DNA from: Sminthopsis crassicaudata
Taxonomy: Eukaryota
NCBI RefSeq assembly: GCF_048593235.1
Contig: NC_133618.1
Coordinates: 245,917,882-245,981,881, forward strand
Reading direction: 5' to 3'
DNA length: 64,000 nt
Each line of letters starts with the position of its first letter. The stretch's first letter is position 1. The notes beneath the pieces were generated by a model that did not search any database, had not been told where the DNA came from, and worked only from the letters and a program-made list of their open reading frames with translations. Shown here in pieces: positions 50,724 to 62,812 of the stretch. The position numbers and the translations under genes were made by a program.

Positions 50724-53700
50724 TATCATCAAAAGAGAATAGTTCTAGTTAATAATAGAAATATGCCATACATGAGTTCCTCTAAGGCTCTGTATAAGGC
50801 TATTCACTAATTCAATCTGAGAAAGAAAGAACATAAAATTTGCCACTTACCCCTTTGCAAGCATTTTTGGTCATGATTTATTTTTTTCTTAACTATTCTT
50901 TGACACTCAGAACAAAACCCTAAAGTCACATAGATTATTTTAACTAGCAATAATTCCCAGTAGAAATGGACCAAGGCAGGCTTATTTAATGAAATATGTC
51001 TCATTCGCTCTCTTGTTTAATTTAATTTCCATGTATTATCTATCTTTATTAGGATGGAAATGGATTATATGTGTTGATCCAGCAACATTATAATGATATT
51101 ATTATTAGTATTATTATTCTGTTTATAACTTCCATGTTGCCTTTCTTTAATTTGAAGTAGAAAGAAGAAATAGCAATGTGATTGTAAAGTAATCATCACA
51201 ATAGAGACCTCAGAAAAATAAGTTTTGAGTGAGAAGCTCTATTTAAAGTTGTAAAACAAAAGAAGAAATAAATCTTGTTTATGCTAGTTGGGTAACATCC
51301 AATGACAGCATAAGAGAAGAATGGAAAATACCTTTTAGGTGAAGAATCTCCTTTCTCCATGAGCTGACAGGGTGGTTTCTGATATTTGTTTTGACACAAA
51401 ACAAAGTCTGTATTATGAATATTAGATATGTTTCTTCCAAGCCAATGTGTGGCTTTTCTGGGAATTTTCTTGCTCCCTTCTTTCAACTATTGAATTTCTC
51501 TCCACTTCCCACCCTATACTCCCCACATCTTTTAAATTCCTACTCAAACTCCTCTACTCCTAATGACTCCCTACTTGATGATGAGCTTCCTGATATATCA
51601 CAAAATCTTTTTCATGCTTAGCATCACTGGATCAGAGATATAGAGCTGGGAGAAATTGCAAAAGGCAATAAATTTAAACTAATCTTCTCATTTTACAGTT
51701 GAGGAAACTGAAGTCATGGGATGATTTACCCACAGTCCCATAATTAGTAAATATCAGAGGCCACAGATGAGTCCCAGAACCCCTGATTCTAAAGGCAGAC
51801 ATCTTTCACTATTCCATGGTGTATTTTTGTGTATCTTGTTTGTTTTTTATACCTTTGATAAATCCTAAGTTCTAGAAAAGTAAGTATTACGTCTAAGCTA
51901 TACTTTGCATTTCTTCTGTGTCCAGTTCAGCATTTATCATACAGTAGCCACTTAAGGAATATTTGTTAGGTTGGATTGGATGTTTAATAGTTTTTAGAAA
52001 TAGTAAATATCATTTTTCTGAAGTATGATTTTTACTTTGATTACATTCACAAGCAATGAATTCCCTCACTTGAACATCTACTTTTAATAGGAAGAGCAAG
52101 AGATACACATTTATTCAGTTACCATTCTCAAAAGGATTTAATCCAGAGGCACGGAAACAGGAAATTGAATTTTTTCCCTTTTTCCAATTATTCATTATCT
52201 TAAATGACATCTTAATAAAACAGTCTAAGGGTCAGTAATTTGAGTTTTGTAATTAAACTGAGAAAGAACAGCTTAACTCAACTGTTCAGGATAGAATCTT
52301 CTGACGTACAAATAGAGCGAAGAGAAATATCCTTAATAAGGTAGTAGCAGGCTTGTCAGCCAGGCTTTTTCTACTAGACTGAAATTGAGATGGTTAAGGT
52401 AGTGCTGTATTTTTTGAGAAATCACATAATCTTGCTAAGGCAATCTTAATTACCTAGATAATCTCACAAGATCCCTACAAAACAAAACAAAGCAAGTACA
52501 GTTTAGATAATAGAAAATATATTTAACATTTTAATGTAGGGAAAATATTGGGCTATATTTCCTGAGTGTCTGAATTGTCCTTAGGGTATATATGTTGATC
52601 AGCTTTAGTAATAATTTAGTCATTAACTTTGGGGGAAAGGGATTAGAAAAATAGCTGAGTCAAAGTTTAAAAAATTATATAGATCCATCTTTCTATATCT
52701 CTATCTATATATCTATACACACACAGACATACAAAATAGGTTAGTATAGATAGGTATTTGGTCTAGACTTATGGGTTTTTCTGTGATAGGGAACTTAATT
52801 TGGCAGGTTTTATAACTTGTGGTCTCAGAAAGTTGCTTCTCTAACAAGTTTGACTCGCCCATGGTAATACTCTATCTATGAAAATCAGAACTTGAGCATA
52901 GGCCTTGTTGATTCCAAAACTAGCTTTCTACTCACAATGCCATATTGTCCCTCTGTATGTGTGCATGAGGATAAGAAATGCCTATACAATTATCTTTTAA
53001 AATTTCCAATAGTAAATGCAAATGATTCTAAGAAGCTGGCCAAAAGGGGGAAAATGAGTCATAAACTTTTAGAACTAGTAATAAAACAACTGTGCAAGTT
53101 TGGGCAAAGCATATATATAAGAAGTAAAATTCTATGTAGAATAGGAAGAAAGAATAGCCTCAAGGGAATACTCTACTAATCTTCTAGTTAATTATAAGAT
53201 CAGGATAATTTTGCCTTTGGGAGAGTAAAACTTAGTTTAACAACTGTAACTATAGTGATTTTTTGACTTACTTAAATAATTTACTGTCAAACATGCATTG
53301 CTCATGAGCTGTCATTTTAGATGCTTATTTTCTACCAATATTTACATACTTTTGTGTTCCAGCAGCTGTGCTTGGAAAAAACAACAATAAAAAACCAAAC
53401 AAACAGGAGATTATAAACAATTTCCCCAGGAGTCTTGAATATGTAATGCATTGGTACTACAATCCCAGTACTCTCCAACTTTATCCCCCTTCTCTGTCAA
53501 GTTTTGTTCTCTCTTCTCCTTTCTTCTTCTGATACAATATTTTAAAAACCACCTTCACTTTTCTTTCATATTGATAAAGAAACATCAGTTTTCTCTGCCC
53601 TAAACACTTTTCTATTATTACCTCAATGTTCAATCTAACACCAGCGTGTAATACCAGATGGCCCCTGAGATTCCTTCCCTCCCTAGATTTGTGATCCTAT

Positions 53701-55873
53701 TATTTAGAATGTTATTTATTTGTTCCACTGGCAAGCTTTCATGAATATCTCAACTCCTACCCACTTTTTTTCTAGTGTACCATGCACATCAAACCCAATC
53801 CAATTCATAGTTCCCAAGAGATCAGTCCCATTCCTTCTAGTTTTAACATCTAGAGGTCTCACCACATCCTAACCCTCAGAGTCATTTTTATGTAATTTTC
53901 AAAGTCTTGTCCCAAACGAATCTCTTTCTCAATTAACCACATGCATCCTTTAGGTCTTAGACAAACCATTTGTTAAGTTATCACCCAAAGTTGGTTAGCA
54001 CATGCATACTAGGTTGCTTAGTTTATACTCTGGGAGAGTCTGGCTCAGTATTTCATACATCAAAATATTAATTTTATTTTTCAGCATAAGCATTTGCTTT
54101 GAAACAAATTGTCTAAATATTTTGTCAGTTTCTACTGCATTTGGCAAAAGGATAACTTGGCATGGTATACTGCAGTGAAGTTAGCTGGTCCCCAAGGCCA
54201 AAAAAAATTAAAGAGGTCAGTGATTATTTAAGCATTTTTTCATGCTGTCCTCCGAGATCACAAAACATTATTCATTTTTCAAATGAAGGGGCTTTATTTA
54301 ATCATGTGAGTATACCTGACAGGAGACAGGCTGACATAGAAAGGGAATCATCAGTACAAGCTTGTTTTTTGGAAAATGGGAAAAACTGCTGAAATCATAC
54401 TTGTTGGCAAGATATCATCCCAGAAAAAGGGCCTCTTTGATGGAACATTAATTGTAAAAAATCAAAAGCAGTGTCATGCATGCATATTAAGTACCCAACA
54501 AAATTTGGTAATTTCATCACATAACTTCTACACCACAGGAGCCAAAAGCATTGTGATCCTGATGTTTTCCAAAGGTCACTCTCTGGACCACAATCTGAAG
54601 AATGCACTTCAGAGCAGCATTAGACCCAGAACTGTCAAAGTCATCAGCTCTTGAGTGAACTATGTTAAAAGGGAATCAACTTCTCTGAATGATTCATGTT
54701 TGACTTCTATCTGCAAACAAGGCTGTTTACATCTCAAGAATCAATTATTTCAACAAATTGAATTCAGCAGACATTTATTATTCAACTATCAGGAATTCTA
54801 TTATGTGCTGAGATAGAAGAAATCCTAAAAACCAAACTTTGATTAGGATGAACAACAATAGCTAGAGAAAGCTGCTCTTCAAATTTAAGAGGGGAAATGT
54901 GAAAGAAAGGTTCTGTAGTATAATGATTAGAAAATGAGATTTAAGAAAACCTGCAGTGGTATCCCATCTCTGACATAATGACTGAGTGACCCTGGTTAAA
55001 ATCTTTAACCTTTTAGTTCTCTTAAAAAACTTTCTAAGACTATAAAAGTACCCTGTACCATTGAAATTATAGATATGAATTTTGCCCTGGCTCTCTTTTT
55101 TTTCAAAAACAAAGTGAAATTCAAAGATTTAGTCCACTCTATGTCTATTTAAAGATAGATATGTAATGTTTATGACATATGTATCTCTCCATCAGATTCA
55201 ACTACTGATTCCATCACTTTGTGACTTTAAGCAAGTGATTTCACCCTTCTGGGCCCTATTTTTCACATCTGAAATGAAAAAGGTTGGACTAGACATCTTC
55301 GACTTGTTTTTCAGGTCTTTCAGCTCTAAATTTGTTACCTGTGGTGCTTTGATCAGTGAGAGTTGGTGCCTCCACTTGTGAGAAAAGATGGAACACTTCA
55401 ACAGAAGATATAACGCTCCCTATCCCAACCTAGGACTCTCGATAGAACTGAGAATTAGAAACTTCTCATCTTCCTTTTACATCTAAGAATGAGCTGCCAC
55501 ATGCTACCCTCAGTCATTATGTGACTGATTCAGGTGAGAGAAATTGCTATTGATAAGAAACAAATCATTGTCACCCCTACTGGGATATTGCTGCTCCAGT
55601 ACTGGTGATAATCTGCATGGGGCTTGCTGGGGAATGGGGCAATAGAGTGAAGTGGCCATGTTCTGGTAAAGGGTTCCCTTCCCTCATGGCCCACTCTGGC
55701 TGTCACTGTTTCCAGCTTTCAAGTCTTGGCACTTACTATTCATAAGGCTTGTGATGGAAAAGAGGATGACTGGGGGTTGGGGAGTAGAGTGGGGAAATAG
55801 GAGTTTATGTAGTTCCTACTACCTGCCAGGGACTTAATGCTAGGCACTAAGTATTTTAGAAATATTAACTCTT

Positions 55874-56020
55874 GGGGCAGCTAGGTGGCGCAGTGGATAG
55901 AGCACCAGCCCTGAATTCAGCAGGACCCGAGTTCAAATGTGCTCTCAGACACTTAACACTTCCTAGCTGTGTGACCCTGGGCAAGTCACTTAACCCCAGC
56001 CTCAGAAGGGGAAAAAAAAA
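55874..56020 (+). mobile_element. Young WSINE1-like SINE nested in an antisense MIR
   Basis: ggggcagctaggtggcgcagtggatagagcacc...gagttcaaat...aaccccagcctcag-A tail, with A/B-box-like motifs and retained CpGs. Perfect 14-bp TSD agaaatattaactc (55858-55871 / 56021-56034). Confidence 0.93.
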
Positions 56021-56649
56021 AGAAATATTAACTCAGTTGAGTCTCACAACAACTTCAAGAGGTTGGTGCTGTTATTACCCCCCTTTTATAGAGGAGAAAA
56101 TAGAATTTGAATGATTTTCCCAGCTAATAAATCTCTGAAGCTGGATTTGAATGCAAGTCTTCCAGATCCAGTATTTATCTTTTAAATCTCCTGGCTATGA
56201 AGAAGAATAAATAAAATAGACCAATTCGCATACTGGCTAGAGTTAATGGTCTCCTTTACTATATTGCTAGTACTGCCATTTTAATCAGCTAGTATTTCCC
56301 ATGGTTTGAGCCTAGTAAAAGACTCCCCTTTCTTTACTTGGTTTCAGAGTTGCCACCTGTTTAGAGAAACCCCTCCCCCAAACCTTCAGTCCTATTTAGC
56401 TCAGACCTACCTTCCCTCATTTACACCTTCCTCTTTCCTTTCTACTCTTCCTTCCAGTACATCTGCTCAATTGTCAACAAATAATCTCTTCCTCTACCAC
56501 TTTTTCATCTTCCATACATTATTCCTCATCATGCACTCTAAATTCCACATCATCCATCTAAATTGGCCTTCTTAATAATAATGGTAGTTAACATTTATAT
56601 ATAGATTTAAGATTTGCAGAGTGTTTTACAAGTATTATTTCTTTTGATC

Positions 56650-57090
56650 CCCAATCAAGCAATAAACATTTATTAAGAGCTTACTATATGCCAGTTACAG
56701 TGCTAAGAACTGGAGATATGAAGGAAAAAAATGAAAAAAACGTCCCTACTGCTTCAAACATATTTTAACAGAAGTAACATTTATAAATTGATACTTACAA
56801 GATACACATAGAGTAGGTGGAACAGAATCTCAGAAGGAAAAGCTTTAACAACTGGGGAAAATAGGAAAGACTTTTTTGTAAAAGTGATGCTTGAGATGAT
56901 TTTTGAAAGCACAAAGGGAAAAGGACAAACATTCCAGACATGTGGGATAAAAGAGATGGAGTGTAATGCCTGAGGAACAACAAACAGTACAGTATGGCTG
57001 GTTCATGAAGGGCAATAATGGAAGCCATTAGAAATTATTGAGTGGTGGAAATGACAAGATCAGATCTACGCTTTAGAAAAATTCCTGGGT
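56650..57090 (-). mobile_element. L2 3' fragment
   Basis: aataaacatttattaagagcttactatatgccag...ggaaaagacttttt...gatgcttgagatgatttttgaa...gacattccag. Confidence 0.7.
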
Positions 57091-57239
57091 CCTATAACAA
57101 AAGGAGACATTTGTCAGATGAAGAAACTGAGAATAAGAGAAGGTAAATAGCTTGCCTAAGAATCACACAGAACATCTCCTAGACCAGGATTCAAACTCAG
57201 CTTTTCTTAACTCAGTTCCAATGCTCTTCATGTTAGTTT

Positions 57240-57600
57240 GCTGCCTTACTTCTTGCTGCTCCTCATATATGACTTTATTTCTTCCTTCTATATTTTCCCT
57301 TATACCTTGAATCCCTTTCATCCTCACTTTTATCTGTTAGAATCCCTAATGTCCTTCCAATTTCATTTCAAGTACTAATCTTTTCTGATCTCCAGAGCTG
57401 CTGGTAGCTTCCCCCTATCAATTGCCTTGTATTTATTTTAAGTATATTTTATATATACTTTTATGTATACATCTTCCCCCAATAGAATGGAAGCTCCTTG
57501 AGGAAAAAGCTGTTTCACTTTTGTCTTTACATCCTAATTGCTTATTTAGTATAGTTTATGGCATGTGCTAAACAATAAATGTTTGTGGATTAATTCAAAT
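57240..57600 (+). mobile_element. L2 3' end
   Basis: cttcccccaatagaatggaagctccttgagga...ctttgtctttacatcc...aataaatgtttgtggattaatt. Confidence 0.7.
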
Positions 57601-57976
57601 ACACATTGAAAATTGGCTTCTCTGCAAAACACTTTATCTCTTGTTTTGGTATAGAGGAATCCCAGTGGTCCACATCAAGAAGAAGAGGAATTGGCAAACC
57701 CTTCCATCCTCACTGCTACTTCCAGATCCTTCATCTGCTAACTTTAGAAATCTCTCTTCTTTTGAAGAAGAATCCTTCTGTTTGTCCAGATCCTTGTTGC
57801 TATCACCCATTGATGTATTGCTCAGATCAGTCTCTTTTTTTCTCAAGGAGTCCAGTGCCTACCTCACAACCTTCCTTTTTACTCCAGCTCCTACAATTAC
57901 CCTACAGAAATGCAAACTGATATCTCTTGGAACATAATGATTAATCCATCAATAAACATTTATTCAGAACTCACTA

Positions 57977-58232
57977 GGGCAGCTAGGTTGTTCAATGGAT
58001 AGAGGGCTATGCCCAGAGTCAGGAAGATCTGATTCATCTTCCTGAGTTCAAATCCAGCTCCAGAGATTTACTTTCTGGGTGATCCTGGACAAGTCACTTA
58101 ACCATGTTCCCTTTAGTTTTCTCATTGTAAAATGATCTTGAGAAGGAAATGGCAAACTACTCTAGTGTCTTTGCCAAGAAAATCTCAAATAGTCAGAGAG
58201 AGTGACATGACTGTAAATAATTGAATAACAAA
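57977..58232 (+). mobile_element. MAR1-like SINE
   Basis: gggcagctagg...gagtcaggaaga...gagaaggaaatggcaaactactctagtgtctttgccaagaaaa...gacatgactg. Confidence 0.88.
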
Positions 58233-58340
58233 TATGCTGGTTATTGTAATAAGTGCTAGAAACCCAAAGGAAAATTTTGAAAATAGCTCCAGTCTTCAAG
58301 GAGCTTATGTTCTAAAAATGGAGACAAATTTTATATTATC

Positions 58341-58342
<2 letters not shown>

Positions 58343-58408
<66 letters not shown>
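58343..58408. repeat. Perfect (AT)n microsatellite
   Basis: Seen directly. Confidence 0.97.
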
Positions 58409-58410
<2 letters not shown>

Positions 58411-58904
58411 TACAAAATAGATAGAATAAACCCTTGTGCTTATACCTTGGGAGAGGCATAAGCATCTGAGTGTCCCCTAGTTGATGATGCATCCTCCCAT
58501 TTCTCTGACCTATATCTGGATCTTAGAATTCCCCTGCCTTCATGATCTTGAATTCTGAAATTCCCCAATGATTTTATTATTTTTTCTTCTCTTTCTCTTG
58601 CCTGCTTAAAATAATTCATTTTTCATCTTTACCACGACCCTTCAGTGCTCTTTATCTTTTCTCCTTTATCTCTTCTTCTCATCTTCATTCTTTTCTTGTC
58701 TACTGCTTCCTTTTCTGCTTTACAGCAACATGTTCAAGTATGTACCATTATATACTCTAATCTAGTCTCCCAATAAAATTCTTTTCTCAATTCAATATAC
58801 TTTTCTCTCTCTTTAAATCACTTGACTTCTTTTTTTCTTGACATCTAAACCCTTTCAATTCTTAATAGGGGGCTGAACTTGCCACTGACTTCCCTGTCAG
58901 TAGG

Positions 58905-59130
58905 ACCAGCTAGGTAATACAGTGTATAGACTGAAGAAGTCTTGAGTTCAATCCAGTCTTAGATACTTACTAGATCTGTGACCCTGGAGGGGTCACTTAA
59001 CATTTATTTGCTTCAGTTTTCTCATCTGTAAAATGGGGATAAAAATAGCACTTATCCCCCATGGTTCTTATGAGGATCAAATGAGATAATTGTAAAGTAT
59101 TTAGTACAATTACTGGTACAGGGTAAGGAC
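58905..59130 (+). mobile_element. MIR
   Basis: cttgagttcaatccagtcttagatacttactag...cagttttctcatctgtaaaatggggataaaaatagcac. Confidence 0.8.
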
Positions 59131-59404
59131 TGTTATTAAGGGCTACTAAATAGCAGGGATTTATTCTTCTCTTAATAACTAAATATTGTACTCACAGAAT
59201 CTCAGAGTTGGAAGGGACTTCTTTGCAGCATGCTTGACAATTAGTCTTTTAGCTTTGACATGAAGAATTCCACTGAGAAGTAAGTCCCTACCATTTAAGG
59301 CAGTTTAGACCATTTAACCCACTTTTGAGGACCTAATTAATTGTTATAAACTTATTCTTATATCCTGGCTAATTTTGTCATTTCACACTTTCCATCAAAT
59401 TTTC

Positions 59405-59630
59405 TTTTATTATTCAATTATTACCATCACATCTGACTCTTTATGACCACCTTTAGAGTTTTCTTGGCAAAGAAACTGGAGTATTTGACATTTCCTTCTC
59501 CATTTCATTTTTACAGATAAGGAAACTGAGGCAAACAGGATGAAGTGACTTGCCCAGAGTCACATAGCCAGTAAGGATCTTTTTTACTCCAGATTCCATA
59601 CTCTCTATTAACTGTTTCACCTAGCTGCCC
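59405..59630 (-). mobile_element. MAR1-like SINE
   Basis: gttttcttggcaaagaaactggagt...acagataaggaaactgaggcaaacagg...cacctagctgccc. Confidence 0.85.
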
Positions 59631-60273
59631 AATTGCTCATAAGGCTGTCCTTTAGAGAAAATGAAATGGAAAAGGAAAAACAAATACCCCAGTTTGACAT
59701 TTGAAATAGAAGAGAACCATGATCAAATGGGCATCAAAACACAAGTAGAAACCTGTTTCAGGCTAAGATTTTCCTGCTTAGATAAGAGGAAACTCCATGA
59801 CATTGACTTTTAATATGCAGCAGTGCTCAAGGTTTGCCCTACTCCCACAATGTAGCTAGCACCCACACAAGTTGCAACAAGCATGGAAAATCATTCTATA
59901 GTAAGAAAATTCTCTGTGATGTTTAAACTTCTTTTTTCAATATGGCATGAGAACTGAACAGTAAGAGGGAAATAAGTTGTTTAGTAATAATAACAAATCT
60001 ACTAGTATCTATTTAAACCAACTATCATTTTAGATAATGGTTCACAGAACCAACAAATCTGACATTTAAGAAGGACCTCAGCAGGCACCTCATCCAAACT
60101 ATACCTAAGGAGAAATCTCTGCAACATTTTCATGATTTAGTATCCATTGAATACTTCTAATTATGAAGGACTCACTACTTTCTAAGGCAAACCATTCCAT
60201 TCAAGGGTAGTTTAAATTGTTTGGAAATTTTGTTTATGTTGATCTCAATTTTGCACTTGCAACTCTCACTCAT

Positions 60274-60561
60274 GGCAGCTAGGTGGCACAGTGGATAGAG
60301 CACTGGGCATGCTGTCAGGAAAACTAGTCTTCCTAAATTCAAATCTCTCAGATTTGAATAAAATCAAAACCCCTCAGACATTTACTAGCTGGGTGACCCT
60401 GGACACAAGGCTTAACCTTGTTTGCCTCAGTTTTCTAATCTGTAAAATGAGCTGAAGAAGGAAATGGCAAACCACTCTAATATCTCTGCTATTAAAATCC
60501 CAAATGAGGTCACAAACAGTTTGACAATCCTGAAAATGACTAAACAACAACAACTAAACAA
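60274..60561 (+). mobile_element. MAR1-like SINE
   Basis: ggcagctaggtggcacagtggatagagcactggg...gaagaaggaaatggcaaaccactc...gactaaacaacaacaac. Confidence 0.88.
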
Positions 60562-60564
60562 TAA

Positions 60565-61200
60565 ACATACAGAAATACTTCAAATTGCTAATAATTAGAT
60601 AAATAAAAATTAAAATAATTCTGGGTCCCAACTTAAACCAATTAACTTGGAGGATCTAAGATGCACTATTGTTAGAGTTGAAAATTGATTCAGCCATTCT
60701 GGAAAGCAGTTTGGAGTCATGCCCCAAAAGTCATTAAATTTTGCACATTTTTTAACTCAAATATTCTACTAGGTTTTCTCCCCAAAGATATTTATGAAAA
60801 AGAAAAAGATTCATGAATTTAAAAACTCAGCAATGCTTTTTACAATAACAAAGAATTGGAAACAAAGGAATGCCCATTGTTTGGAGAATAGTAAAGACAT
60901 TGTGGCATACAACTGCGTTAGAATGTTATGGTACCATAAAAATAATAAAACGTTTAATTTCAAAGAAATCTTGAATCAGTTGTATGAATTGATGCTCAGT
61001 AAAATGAAAAGAATCAGAACTGTTTATATAGTAAAAACAATATCTTAAAAAATAGCAACTTTAAATGATTTAAGAACTCTTCAATATAATATTCAACTAG
61101 AACTTTAGTGGATTGATGAGAATGCATTCTACCAACCTCCTGGCAGAGGGGTGAAAGACTCAAGATGTTGAATGGGATAAACCATTCAGTTGCCAAATTG
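60565..61200 (+). mobile_element. Old L1 ORF2 3' end and 3'UTR
   Basis: cagccattctggaaagcagtttgga...caaagaattggaaacaaaggaatgccca...gaattgatgctcagtaaaatgaaaagaatcagaac. Confidence 0.75.
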
Positions 61201-61304
61201 ATTTTTTCCTAAAGCACATGTCTGATCTCCCCAGTATCTCACTAAATCCCACTTGCTCCTTTTTTTCAATTATAAAATCTTCTAGCATTTAAAATCCTTT
61301 GCAA

Positions 61305-61534
61305 ATAAGAAATTCATTTCTGCACACATATATTGTATCTAGGATATACTATAACATATTTAATATGTATGGGACTGCCTGCCATCTAGAGGAGGAGGTG
61401 GAGGGAAAGAGGGGAAAATTCGTAACAGAAGTGAGTGCAAGGGATAATGTTGTAAAAAATTACCCATGCATATGTACTGTCAAAAAAAAAAGTTATAATA
61501 ATAAAATTAATTTTAAAAAATAAAGTAAAAAAAA
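61305..61534 (+). mobile_element. Young short L1 3' end nested in L2
   Basis: gtgagtgcaagggataatgttgtaaaaaattacccatgcatatgtactgtcaaaaaa. Perfect 15-bp TSD taaaatcctttgcaa (61290-61304 / 61535-61549). Confidence 0.92.
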
Positions 61535-61859
61535 TAAAATCCTTTGCAATCTGGTCTTTTCCTACATTTGCCAGTCATTTTATGCTCTATTTTTCTCCAC
61601 ATACATTATAGTCCCAATTGCTATTTCTAGCACAGGACATTCATTCTCCTGACTCTATTTCCTTTGCATAGAACAATAGAAAACTTTCCTTATCTCAGCC
61701 ACTTGGTTTCCTTCAAGATTCATCTCAAAATCCTCGCTTCTATAGGAAACCTCACTTGATTCCCATAGCTTTTAGTATCTTCCTTCTGGGATTATCTTTT
61801 GTCTATTCTATATATATATATATATTGTATATATATATATTCTATATATATATTATTGG

Positions 61860-61917
61860 AATAGCATAAGGAGGGTATAAAGGGGTGTGAAGATTAATGG
61901 GAATGGTATAAAGAGGG

Positions 61918-61980
<63 letters not shown>

Positions 61981-62812
61981 TTCTAAATTCAAATAGAAAT
62001 GAGGGCAAGGGGTTAGAGTAGGGGTAAAGGGGAAGAGAAGGGATTCTTTGGAGTGGGGTAGGTTAAGTAATAAAAGAACAAGGAAGAGGAAAGAAATAAA
62101 ATAGAAAAGTCAGGAGGAATAAGAATAGGGTGAGAAGCATAGTAAAGAAAATAAACAAGTGATTATAGCTTAGTATGTGAATGGAATTAATTCACCTATA
62201 AAATGGAAACCGATAGCAGATTAAGAATATGAACTCAACAATATATTGCTTTCAGGAAATGTTATAAAAATGAGAGGTACACACAAACGTAAAATAAAGA
62301 TCAAGAATAGAATTTATTATGTAAAAAAACAGGGATAGTAATCCAATCATAATCTTAGACAAACTTAAAAGTTGAAGGAACATGCTATTCATCCTCAGAG
62401 ACACAAAAAGCAAAAGGAAATAAGCATAGCAGAGTCTTACAAGTATGCATATGAATGTATATGTGTGATTGATTATAGATACTTATTGTATGTATACATG
62501 TATGAATGTGTGTATCTATATATTTACATATATATGTATGCATATATATACATGCTTAAGTTTAGTTTTTTGTCAGGATGAAAAGGGAGAAAATAAAGTA
62601 AAAAGTACACAGCAGAAAACAAAACATAACATACAAGGAGGCAAAAAAAGATGCATAGTTCTGAACACAATTTGTAGCATTTATTATATAGGCTTTCTTG
62701 AAATAGAAATTTATTGCTTTATATTTGAATCCTTTATCTTCTGCTGTACACATGGCAATGTTTCCTTGCCTTTTCTTATTTTATGTTTAAGTTTAAAAGA
62801 AAAAATTTAAAA
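61860..62812 (+). mobile_element. Old L1: inter-ORF region and ORF2 endonuclease start joined to a 3'UTR
   Basis: 62162 onward reads IIA*YVNGINSPIKWKPIAD (L1 EN N-terminus NVNG.NSPIK) and later IILDK. After about 62370 the sequence is 3'UTR-like with an A tail. Confidence 0.7.
61922..61977. repeat. (AT)n microsatellite, with a second impure TA array at ~61808-61853
   Basis: Seen directly. Confidence 0.95.

Noticed and set aside
55872-56114. 80-aa ORF, and tRNA-like A/B boxes
   Set aside because: WSINE1-like SINE; tRNA-derived head without a cloverleaf, so not a tRNA gene or CDS.
57634-57846. Charged, Ser-rich minus ORF (DSNKDLDKQKDSSSKEERFLKLADEGSGSSSEDG)
   Set aside because: No pyrimidine-tract acceptor upstream and a non-ATG start; composition fits the antisense of a pyrimidine-rich, probably L2-derived tract.
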